Origin: an uncultured Actinomycetes bacterium
GTDB taxonomy: Bacteria > Actinomycetota > UBA4738 > HRBIN12
Direction: 5' to 3'
Assembly (NCBI GenBank): GCA_964640085.1
Contig: CAZXFA010000005.1
Coordinates: forward strand, 46,438 to 110,437
DNA: 64,000 bases
Part shown: positions 37,978-45,983 of the stretch, in pieces
How positions within the stretch are numbered: position 1 is the first letter of the stretch
How the letters are laid out: each line of letters opens with the position of its first letter
The notes under the pieces: model-generated
What the model saw: only the letters and a program-made list of their open reading frames with translations
What the model was told of the DNA's origin: nothing
The model's database searches: none
Translations under genes and position numbers: made by a program

Positions 37978-40900
37978 TCAGGGCGAGACCCGGGCGACGA
38001 GCAGGGCCACGTCATCGGGAGCCACACCGCCGGGGTCCGCGATCGCGTCCCCCAGGTGGTCGGCCGTCTGCTGCGCGTCCAGATCCACGCACCCCTCGAT
38101 CAGGGAGAGCAGATCCTGTTCCTCCACGGGGTTCGGGTGCCGCGGATCCAGGATGCCGTCGGTGAAGAAGACCACCGTGTCCCCGCGATCCAGCGTCGTG
38201 GTGCGGTCCTCGAGGAAGACGTCGTCGAAGACCCCGAGCAGCGAGCCCGGCGCGCCGACCGACCCGATCCGGCCGTCGCGCCGAAGCACGAGGGGCATCG
38301 GATGCCCGCCACTGGACACGGTCAGGCTCGTCCCGTCATCTCCGGCTGCCAGGCGTCCCAGAGCAACCGTGCAGAACCGGTCGCCGTCCTCCCGTACCAG
38401 GACCTCGTTCAGCCCGCTCAGGGCCGCGCTCGGATCGGTCTCGCGCATCGCCGCGGTCCGGAGGGTGTGGCGCGCGAGCCCGGTGAGCGCCGCGGCCTCG
38501 AGCCCCTTGCCGCAGACGTCGCCGATCACCAGATCCCATGCCCCGCCGACCGACTCGAAGACGTCGTAGAAGTCCCCGCCGACCTCGGTCTGCGTCACGC
38601 CGGCCGGCTGGTAGAAGGCGGCGAGCTCCACACCCGGGATCTCGGGCAGCCGGCGCGGGAGGAGGGTCCGTTGGAGCGTACGTGCGACCAAGCTCCGCTC
38701 CTCGTACAGGCGGGCGTTGTCGATCGCCACCGCCGCTCTGTTGGCGAGATCCTGCGCCAGCTCCAGATCGGCGTCCCCGAACGTCCGGCCGGACCCGGCG
38801 GCGGCGAAGGTGATCGCCCCGATAGCGTGGCCACGAGCGGCGAGCGGAACGATCATCGCGGAGCGGAGCCCGAGCCGTCGCACCAGCTCCCGTCGATCCC
38901 GATCGACGATCCGCTCGTCGAGCGTCTGGTCGGAGATCACCGGGTACAGCTCGGCTCGCCCCGTCCGGATCACGGCGGCGGCGCCCTCGTGGTCGTCGGG
39001 CTCCGGGGGGTAGCGACGTCGGTACTCACGCGTAACCTCGGTGAGCTCCGGATCCACATGGGCAACCACCACGGACTGGATCGCGCCGTCGGCGTCCAGC
39101 AGATCGACCGAGCACCAGTCCGCGAGGCGCGGGACCGCCAGCCGGGCGACCTTCCCGAGCGTCTTCCGATGATCCAGGGACGAGGCGAGCATCATGCTCG
39201 CGTCCGCCATGAACGTCATCCGCTCGTGCGCGACCTCGAGCTGGTCCCTGGCCGACCGCTCGTTCTCCAGCAGCCGGGCCTGGAGCTCCTCCACCCGCCT
39301 GCGGTGCGTGAGTTCGCGCACGAAGCCGGTGAACAGCGAAGGACCCGGGCCGGGAGGATCCACCCGCGTGATCGTGAGCTCCAGGGGGAACTCCGAACCG
39401 TCCGAGCGCAGCCCCTCAAGCTCCATCCGGCGACCGAGCACCCGGACACGAGGCCCCCCTCGGTGGCGCGCCAGCGCGGCTCGGTGCCGCTCGCGGTACC
39501 GCTCCGGGATGATCGCCTCAGCGAGATCGTGTCCCACCACGTCCTCGGCGCGGAGCCCGAACATCTCCTCCGCCGCGGGATTCAGCTCGACGATCTCCCC
39601 CTGCTCGTCGATCGTGATGACCCCCTCGAGGGCTGCCGCAAGGATCGCGCTCTTGCGCGCCTCGCTCTCGCCCACCTCCGCTTCGGCGTCCATCCGCTCC
39701 AGGAACTGCCCGATCTGCGCGCCGACCGAGCCCATGAGCTGGAGCAGCCCCTCGTCGGGCTCCCGGATCCGCACGCTGAAGCATTCGACCACGCCGAGGA
39801 CCTCGTCGTGGAGGGCGATCGGGGCCGCCAGGACCGCGTGGAGCCCCGCGTCCAGCAACACGCCCGCCCGCAGGAAGTCCATGTTCTGCCTGATGTCCGG
39901 GACCCACACCGTGCGCCCGGTCTCCCACGCGTGACCGGGCAGCCACACCCCGGGAGCGAACTCCAGCTTGCGACTGGCACCCAGGACGGCGGTGGCCGCG
40001 GACGTCGGGGCGCGCCACCCACCCTCGCACCGCAGCACGCCGCTCGCCTCGTCCACCCGCCAGAGCAGGCCGAGCTCCCAGCCGAGCGCGTCGCAGATCG
40101 CCCGGAGCACTTCGGGGACCGCTCGTTCCACCCCGTCCGCTTCCGCCAGGACCCGGGAGACCTCGAACTGCACTTCGAGCGCGCGCTCGATCTCCTTCCG
40201 TTCGGTGGTGTCCGCACAGATGCCCGCCATCCGCACCGGCCTCCCAGCCTCGTCGCGGAACACGCCGCCGCGTACGGAGAGCCACCTGGTCACGCGGTCG
40301 GGCCGCACGATGCGGTAGTCGAGCTCGTACCCCTCTCCCGAGTTCACCGCCCCTTCGATGGCGGAGAGCACACGGGTCCGGTCTTCCGGATGGATGTCTC
40401 GCAGAAAGTCCTCGAACCGGCCCCCGAAGGTGCCCGGGGACAGACCGTGGATCTCCTCCAGGCTCTCGGACCAGCGCAACCCCCCGCCACCGATGTCCCA
40501 ATCCCAGGTGCCCATCCGCCCCGCCCCGAGCGCGATCCGCAGCTGCTCCTCGCTCTCGACCAGTGCGGACCGGGTGCGCTTGAACTCGGAGATGTCGAAC
40601 ACCGACGCGAGGAGGCCGAGGACCGCCCCACGTTCATCGCGCACCGGGGTGCCCGCCACCCACACCCAGACGCGCGATCCATCGCGCCGAGGCGCCAACC
40701 ACTCACCGTCCCACGACCCGCCGATCCTCGCGCGTCGCAGCGCCGCCTCGGCGGCGTCCCGATCGCTCGGGCCGGTGAGGATCTCTCCGATGGACCGGCC
40801 GATCGTGTCCTCCGACGTATAGCCGAAGAGTCCCTCGGCCGCCAGGTTCCAGCGGGTGATCACGCCCTGGAGATCGAGCGCCACCACGGCCGTATGCAGG

Positions 40901-41355
40901 TGATCGAGGAGCACCGAGTCGAGCCCCAGCGGCCACGCCGACTCCGGGAGCTCACGACGCCTCACGCCCTCGAGCTCGAGCCAGACGCGCGTGGGAGGGT
41001 CTACGGCAACGCCCCAACGATCGGCGATACGGTCGACCAGCATCAGACCCCATCCGCCGATCCCGGCACCACGGCTCTCCGGCGGCGAGAACCCTCCGCC
41101 GGGATCGGAGACCTCCAGCCGGATCGTGTCGTCCCGCAGGATCAGGCGGATGAGGACCTCGCCACGATCCTCGCCCGGCCCGTGACGGATCGCGTTCGTC
41201 ACGAGCTCGCTCACGAGCAGTCGCAGGTCGTCGAGACCGCCGGGATCGAGTCGGTCCACGAGCTCGTCCAGCGTCCGACGCGCCTCGGCGACGGCTTCCG
41301 GACGCACCGGAAGCCGTCGCTCGAGGACCGTTGCCCCGGGGTCCATCCGGCTCAT
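37978..41355 (-). CDS. Multidomain sensor: N-terminal RsbW-type HATPase (kinase) domain, several PAS and two GAF domains, C-terminal PP2C/SpoIIE phosphatase
   Basis: N-terminus has ELVTNAIRHG, SDPGGGF and GGWGLMLV. Central PAS-like repeats (e.g. GVITIDEQGEIVELNPAAEEMFG) and GAF segments. C-terminus has GGDFYDVF and VIGDVCGKG. Confidence 0.9.
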   Translation of the reverse strand: MSRMDPGATVLERRLPVRPEAVAEARRTLDELVDRLDPGGLDDLRLLVSELVTNAIRHGPGEDRGEVLIRLILRDDTIRLEVSDPGGGFSPPESRGAGIGGWGLMLVDRIADRWGVAVDPPTRVWLELEGVRRRELPESAWPLGLDSVLLDHLHTAVVALDLQGVITRWNLAAEGLFGYTSEDTIGRSIGEILTGPSDRDAAEAALRRARIGGSWDGEWLAPRRDGSRVWVWVAGTPVRDERGAVLGLLASVFDISEFKRTRSALVESEEQLRIALGAGRMGTWDWDIGGGGLRWSESLEEIHGLSPGTFGGRFEDFLRDIHPEDRTRVLSAIEGAVNSGEGYELDYRIVRPDRVTRWLSVRGGVFRDEAGRPVRMAGICADTTERKEIERALEVQFEVSRVLAEADGVERAVPEVLRAICDALGWELGLLWRVDEASGVLRCEGGWRAPTSAATAVLGASRKLEFAPGVWLPGHAWETGRTVWVPDIRQNMDFLRAGVLLDAGLHAVLAAPIALHDEVLGVVECFSVRIREPDEGLLQLMGSVGAQIGQFLERMDAEAEVGESEARKSAILAAALEGVITIDEQGEIVELNPAAEEMFGLRAEDVVGHDLAEAIIPERYRERHRAALARHRGGPRVRVLGRRMELEGLRSDGSEFPLELTITRVDPPGPGPSLFTGFVRELTHRRRVEELQARLLENERSARDQLEVAHERMTFMADASMMLASSLDHRKTLGKVARLAVPRLADWCSVDLLDADGAIQSVVVAHVDPELTEVTREYRRRYPPEPDDHEGAAAVIRTGRAELYPVISDQTLDERIVDRDRRELVRRLGLRSAMIVPLAARGHAIGAITFAAAGSGRTFGDADLELAQDLANRAAVAIDNARLYEERSLVARTLQRTLLPRRLPEIPGVELAAFYQPAGVTQTEVGGDFYDVFESVGGAWDLVIGDVCGKGLEAAALTGLARHTLRTAAMRETDPSAALSGLNEVLVREDGDRFCTVALGRLAAGDDGTSLTVSSGGHPMPLVLRRDGRIGSVGAPGSLLGVFDDVFLEDRTTTLDRGDTVVFFTDGILDPRHPNPVEEQDLLSLIEGCVDLDAQQTADHLGDAIADPGGVAPDDVALLVARVSP

Positions 41356-41440
41356 CCGCGTCCTCGTCGTCCCACCCGGGAAGCGTAATCCCGGACGGAG
41401 ATGGGACGGGAGGGCCGGCTGGGGAGCCCGGGGATCCGGG

Positions 41441-41617
41441 TCAGACGTCGAAGATGCTCACGCCACCCGGGCCGATCAGCAGCCCGGCAACGATCAGCAC
41501 CACGCCGGCGACCACGCCGCCTCGGATCAGCGTCACGATCCCGGCGATCACGAGGACCGCCGCGATGATCCACAACAGGGTGGCGGCCCCGCTCGCTGCG
41601 ACCATCCATGCCATCAT
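41441..41617 (-). CDS. GPGG-motif small membrane protein (58 aa)
   Basis: Hand-translated as MMAWMVAASGAATLLWIIAAVLVIAGIVTLIRGGVVAGVVLIVAGLLIGPGGVSIFDV. GGAGAAGGA Shine-Dalgarno. Below the track cutoff. Confidence 0.65.
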   Translation of the reverse strand: MMAWMVAASGAATLLWIIAAVLVIAGIVTLIRGGVVAGVVLIVAGLLIGPGGVSIFDV

Positions 41618-41675
41618 CGTCCTTCTCCCTCTCCTTCTCCCTCGTTTCGCATCCTTCGACGTGTCTCGCGAGCCG

Positions 41676-41837
41676 TCATGCGATGCGTGGGATCACGTAC
41701 CAGGCCAGGAACGCCAGGATCGCAAAGACGATCACGACGATCGCCGTGTACTTGATCGCGGCATATCCGACGAAGCCGTTCGACTCCGGCTCGCGGGCCG
41801 GCGCTTCATGCGCGTGGTGATCCTCTCGGTAGCTCAT
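41676..41837 (-). CDS. Small single-span membrane protein (53 aa)
   Basis: [63 protein letters not shown] Shine-Dalgarno directly upstream. Confidence 0.6.
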   Translation of the reverse strand: MSYREDHHAHEAPAREPESNGFVGYAAIKYTAIVVIVFAILAFLAWYVIPRIA

Positions 41838-41989
41838 GGAACCTCCCTCCCGTCGGGCCGCCGCTCGGAACGGGGTACCCGAATCTCTGGTCATCGACCG
41901 CTGCAAGCGTTCCCCGCCGCCGTTCCCGTCAAACCCCCTGGAGAACGGTCGATCCGATACGCTCGGGCGCAGGTCGGACCGGAGGATCG

Positions 41990-42465
41990 GTGAGGGTGGA
42001 AGGCAAGGACGAGAGCCACCAGGAGCGGCCAGATCGCGAGCTGATCGAGCTCCTGATCGAGTTCCGCGTCGCGCTCCCCGGGGTCCAGGTGCTGTTCGCC
42101 TTCCTCACCTTGCCGTCCACGGGTCGGTTCGGCGACCTTACGGCGATCCAGCGCGACGTGTACTACGGGACGTTCTGCACCACCACGGCGGCGACGGTGT
42201 TCATGCTGACGCCCACCGCGTTCCACCGCCTGCGGTGGCGTCGGTACGACACGGAGCATCTCCTTCGCCGGGGGAACCGGATGGGGATCGCCGGACTCTC
42301 GTGTCTCGCGCTCTCGCTGGGTGGAGCCGTGTTCCTCGTGACCGATGTGCTGTTCGGAAGAGCCGGCGCCGCCACCGCCGGAGCCGTGACGGTGGCGCTG
42401 ATCGGGGGCCTGTGGTTCGTCTATCCGATGGGCGCAGGCTCCGCGACGGGGACGGCCGTCCCTAG
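41990..42465 (+). CDS. DUF6328-like membrane protein; needs a frame change near 42420 to reach TAG 42463-42465 (as assembled the ORF stays open to 43246)
   Basis: DRELIELLIEFRVALPGVQVLFAFLTLP... and TM helices up to ...GGLWFV. The -1 frame then gives LSDGRRLRDGDGRP-stop, a typical basic tail that ends 35 nt before the convergent gene. Confidence 0.55.
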
Positions 42466-42499
42466 CTGCGACGCCCACCTCGCTCGATCGCCGCCGAGA

Positions 42500-42871
42500 C
42501 TACGGAAGCGACACGGAGAACGCGATCGAGCGTCTCGTCGGCTCGACGTCGATCGCCGCATCGGGGAACAGGGTGCGAACCAGATCGATCCGCGCGGGGG
42601 CCTCCGGATCGCCCAAGCCCTCAGCGGTGGAGGGGGACCGAGACAGATCGACCTCGAACCGCAACATCCGATCGCGGACGAGCGCGAGGAGTCGGATCGG
42701 CTGCCCGCCGAGGAGGGCGTCCGTGCACGCCTCCGACACGGCGAGCTTCAGGTCCTCGATGGTCTCGCCCGACACACCGAACCCTCGAGCAAGGGCCGCG
42801 GCGAACGAACGGGCGGTCCCCAGGTGCTCGGGTCTGGGAGGGAGAGCGAGCTCGAACGGGTCCGCGCTCAC
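42500..42871 (-). CDS. RsbW-like anti-sigma regulatory protein with degenerate ATP-binding motifs
   Basis: LPPRPEHLGTARSFAAALARGFGVSGETIEDLKLAVSEACTDALL resembles the anti-sigma N-terminal half. No DxGxG/GxGxG boxes. The GTG start overlaps the STAS stop (GTGA). Confidence 0.7.
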   Translation of the reverse strand: MSADPFELALPPRPEHLGTARSFAAALARGFGVSGETIEDLKLAVSEACTDALLGGQPIRLLALVRDRMLRFEVDLSRSPSTAEGLGDPEAPARIDLVRTLFPDAAIDVEPTRRSIAFSVSLP

Positions 42872-43203
42872 GACGCGACGGCGTCGGCCACGGACGGGTG
42901 GATGGAGAAGACCCGATCGAGCCCGGTGATGGTCAGGATCTTCATCGTGGGCCCTTCGCGACTGACCAGGGCAACCCTGCCGCCGACCTCGCTCATGCGC
43001 TTGTGCCCGGCGACGAGCACGCCCAGTCCGCTCGAGTCCATGAAGCTCACCCGCTCGAGATCGACGATCAGGTCCCGGACCCCATCCTCGATGAGGGAAT
43101 CGACCTCCTGTCGCAGAGCGGGAGCGGTCGACAGGTCGACCTCTCCACCGACGTCGAGGACCGTCCACGCCCCCTCCGAGCGCTTCTCGAGCTGGAGTTC
43201 GAT
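42868..43203 (-). CDS. STAS-domain anti-sigma-factor antagonist (start codon uncertain)
   Basis: IELQLEKRSEGAWTVLDVGGEVDLSTAPALRQEV...DLERVSFMDSSGLGVLVAG...MKILTITGLDRVF. Conserved DSSG phospho-serine motif. Putative ATC start 43203 after GGGGAGGA; the next canonical in-frame start is GTG 43278. Confidence 0.75.
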   Translation of the reverse strand: MELQLEKRSEGAWTVLDVGGEVDLSTAPALRQEVDSLIEDGVRDLIVDLERVSFMDSSGLGVLVAGHKRMSEVGGRVALVSREGPTMKILTITGLDRVFSIHPSVADAVAS

Positions 43204-43272
43204 CGCGTCCTCCCCTGGGATGGCCGTCGCGGTCCGGCTAGTATAGGTCGCCCCGTGCCACCGAACGCCGAC

Positions 43273-43668
43273 ATGCACCCGGGCGCCGCCTCCGACGCCG
43301 TACTCGTCACCGTCCCGGCCCGCGCCGAGCATCTGCGTGTGATCCGCGCCGTGATCGGCAGCGTCGCGGCCCGCCACCATCTCACGCTCGACGCGATCGA
43401 CGATCTCCGGATCGCGGTTGACGAGGCGTGCGCGCAGCTGGTGCGGACCCGTGGGACGAGGATCGCCGTCTCGATCGGCGGCGATGCGAGCGTCGTTGAG
43501 GCCGTCTGCTCGAGCGACGCCGAGATCGTCGCGTGGCCACCGGACGGGATCGAGCGCACCCTGGCCGCGCAGGTGCTGCACGGTCTGGTGGACGAGGTCG
43601 CCTGGGAGCTCGCGGACGGGCGACCCTCGATCCGGATCCGCAAGCGAGGAGTGGCTGCCGGCTCGTGA
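43273..43668 (+). CDS. RsbW/UsfX-like anti-sigma factor with degenerate ATP-binding motifs
   Basis: VPARAEHLRVIRAVIGSVAARHHLTLDAIDDLRIAVDEACAQLV pattern. Translationally coupled (GTGA) to the downstream sigma factor. Confidence 0.75.
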   Translation: MHPGAASDAVLVTVPARAEHLRVIRAVIGSVAARHHLTLDAIDDLRIAVDEACAQLVRTRGTRIAVSIGGDASVVEAVCSSDAEIVAWPPDGIERTLAAQVLHGLVDEVAWELADGRPSIRIRKRGVAAGS

Positions 43669-44393
43669 AGGAGGACGCCAAGAGGGACGAAGCCGCGCTG
43701 TTCACGCGCCTTCCGAACCCGGATGTGCGCGAGGAGCTCGTGCTCCGACATCGGCCGCTCGCCCTCTACCTGGCGCGGAGGTTCAGCGGTCGCGGCGAGG
43801 CGCTCGAGGACCTCGAGCAGGTCGCGAGCCTCGCGCTCCTCAAGGCGATCGATCGTTTCGACGTCGAGCGCGACGTGCGGTTCGCCACCTTCGCCACGGT
43901 GACGATCGTCGGCGAGCTGAAGCGGCACCTGCGCGACCGAGGGTGGGCCGTCCGCGTCCCGCGGCCCCTCCAGGAGCTCGCCGTCCGCGTGAGCGGCCTC
44001 CTCCCGGAGCTGTGGCAAGACCTGGGACGCTCTCCCACGGTCGCCGAGATCGCCGAGCGCGCCGATGCCACCGAGGAGGAGACCCTGGAGGCCCTTGAGG
44101 CGGCTCAGGCATACAGCACCGACCCGATCGACGCGCCGATGGGCGATCAAGGGGTCGCGCCGGCAGACGCGCTCGGTGAGCACGACGACCGGTTCGAGCG
44201 GCTCGAGGGATGGCGCACCGTCGCCCCATTGATCGGCGAGCTGCCCGAACGCGAGCGACGGATCCTCTACCTCCGGTTCTTCGGGGAGAGGACCCAGAGC
44301 GAGATCGCACAGGAGCTGGGGATCAGCCAGATGCACGTCTCCCGGCTCCTCGCTCGGACGCTCGAGCGCCTGCGGGAAGCCTCGACGGACTGA
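43665..44393 (+). CDS. SigB/SigF/SigG-type RNA polymerase sigma factor (group 3)
   Basis: Region 2 (DLEQVASLALLKAIDRFDVERDVRFATFATVTIVGELKRHLRD), region 3, and region 4 (ERERRILYLRFFGERTQSEIAQELGISQMHVSRL). Confidence 0.9.
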   Translation: MKEDAKRDEAALFTRLPNPDVREELVLRHRPLALYLARRFSGRGEALEDLEQVASLALLKAIDRFDVERDVRFATFATVTIVGELKRHLRDRGWAVRVPRPLQELAVRVSGLLPELWQDLGRSPTVAEIAERADATEEETLEALEAAQAYSTDPIDAPMGDQGVAPADALGEHDDRFERLEGWRTVAPLIGELPERERRILYLRFFGERTQSEIAQELGISQMHVSRLLARTLERLREASTD

Positions 44394-44437
44394 CCCCCGA
44401 CGGTTTGGCGGCTCCGTTCGCGGGGTATGGCTGGGCC

Positions 44438-44671
44438 ATGACCGAGCTCACAGACGTCGAGGCACTCCGATCGCTACGCGGCAGGCATCCGACGGTGACC
44501 AGGAAGGTGCCCGCGACCGCCGATCGTGGGCGCGTCTGCCGAGCCAAGGGGTGCCAGACCGTGCTCTCCGTCTACAACACGGGGGACCGCTGCTGGGAGC
44601 ACACGCCGCGCACGCCGTTCCTGTTCAACGTCCGGCGGTACGCCACCCCTCGGGTTCGCCGGACCGCGTAG
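44438..44671 (+). CDS. Small basic protein with C-x4-C-x12-C-x2-H motif
   Basis: MTELTDVEALRSLRG...GRVCRAKGCQTVLSVYNTGDRCWEHTPRTPF..., 77 aa. It is the 3-prime part of track ORF 44210..44671. Confidence 0.55.
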   Translation: MTELTDVEALRSLRGRHPTVTRKVPATADRGRVCRAKGCQTVLSVYNTGDRCWEHTPRTPFLFNVRRYATPRVRRTA

Positions 44672-44771
44672 CCGAGAGGCCGACCCGCCCCCTGCCCGGA
44701 GCCGGTGGTCCCTCTGCCGTCCGCGTCCGGGTCGGCCTCTCCCCTTCCTGGGTCTGGCATGATGCGATCGC

Positions 44772-45575
44772 ATGGACCATCGCTCCCTCCTCAGGGCCGA
44801 TGCGAACGAGGGTTCCGTCGCCCTCATCACGGGAGGTGGTACCGGGATCGGCGCGGCCACCGCTCGAGAGCTCGCGGCGACCGGTGCGCGGATCGCGATC
44901 TGCGGTCGACGCGCCGGACCGATCGAGCGCGTGCGCGACGACCTCGCGTCGGGGGGCGCCGAGGTCCTGGCCATGCCGGGGATCGACGTCCGTGAGCCGG
45001 ACCAGCGCACCGGGCTGATCGACGGTGTCCTCGAGCACTTCGGCCGGATCGACATCTTGGTGAACAACGCGGGCGGGCAGTTCGTCGCCCCGGCCGAACA
45101 GATCTCCCTCAAGGGATGGCGGGCCGTTCACCGCCTGAACGTGGATGCGGTGTGGGACCTGACCCGAGAGGTCGCCGAGCGGTCGATGATCCCCAACCGG
45201 GGCGGGCTCGTGGTGTTCCTGGGGTTCAGCCCGCGACGCGGGATGCGGCTCATGGTGCATTCCTCCACGGCCCGGGCGGCGCTGGAGAACCTCGCGGGCG
45301 CGCTCGCGATCGAATGGAGCCGCTTCGGGATCCGGGCCGTGTGCGTGGCGTGCGGCGCGATCGACACCGAAGGGCTCCGCGCCTACGGCGCCGCGATCGT
45401 CCAGGAGGCGGAGCGGACCGTCCCGGTCGGTCGCCTCGGCCGGCCGGAGGAGGTCGCCGGGACGATCGCGTTCCTCGCCTCACCGGCCGGCGCGTACATC
45501 ACCGGCACGACGATCGTCGTCGACGGCGGCGCCGACGCCTGGGGGTTCGGGAGCCCGCCTCCACCGCGCGCCTGA
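44772..45575 (+). CDS. SDR-family oxidoreductase (trans-2-enoyl-CoA reductase-like subgroup)
   Basis: [13 protein letters not shown] and [12 protein letters not shown] (atypical catalytic block seen in PECR-like SDRs). Confidence 0.85.
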   Translation: MDHRSLLRADANEGSVALITGGGTGIGAATARELAATGARIAICGRRAGPIERVRDDLASGGAEVLAMPGIDVREPDQRTGLIDGVLEHFGRIDILVNNAGGQFVAPAEQISLKGWRAVHRLNVDAVWDLTREVAERSMIPNRGGLVVFLGFSPRRGMRLMVHSSTARAALENLAGALAIEWSRFGIRAVCVACGAIDTEGLRAYGAAIVQEAERTVPVGRLGRPEEVAGTIAFLASPAGAYITGTTIVVDGGADAWGFGSPPPPRA

Positions 45576-45686
45576 CCGCGTTTGCCTCCCTCGGTCCACG
45601 GGTAGGACCCCAACGAAGGGCGGTCGGGCGTCGCCGCCCGTGGCGGCGCCCACGACCGCCGGACCGACGAGCCGGGAGGAGGCCCC

Positions 45687-45909
45687 ATGACGACCAGGCT
45701 GCAGTGCCTCGCGTGCGGTGAGGTCCCGGACCCTGGGACCGGGGGCCAACGCCTGCGGTTGCGGTCGGTCGGTGGCCAGGCTCGAGGGATCCGTGGTCGA
45801 GCTCCAGGGTCCAGGTCGGGTGCTGGTGCCGGCCGACGGTATCACGGTGGATGGTCTCCCATGGGCCGCCCTGCCGGAGGAGCCCGTGGTGGTCCGGCGT
45901 GCGGCCTGA
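45687..45909 (+). pseudogene. Candidate frameshifted zinc-ribbon mini-gene (CxxC...CxC)
   Basis: GGGAGGAGG Shine-Dalgarno 5 nt before ATG 45687. The first ~20 codons (MTTRLQCLACGEVPDPGTG) look coding. Coding signal then continues in the +1 frame (ANACGCGRSVARLEGSVVELQGPGRVLVPADGITVDGLPWAALPEEPVVVRRAA-stop) after the G5 run 45741-45745. Confidence 0.3.
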
Positions 45910-45939
45910 CATCCTCCGTCGGCGGCCGATCGCGTCATC

Positions 45940-45967
45940 GAGTTGACCCAAGGGAGTTGACCCAAGG
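45940..45967 (+). repeat. Perfect tandem duplication of 14 bp (GAGTTGACCCAAGG x2) just upstream of the dps ribosome-binding site
   Basis: Read directly from the sequence. Each copy contains TTGACC. It ends 16 nt before ATG 45984. Confidence 0.9.
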
Positions 45968-45983
45968 CAGGAGGTGGGATCAC

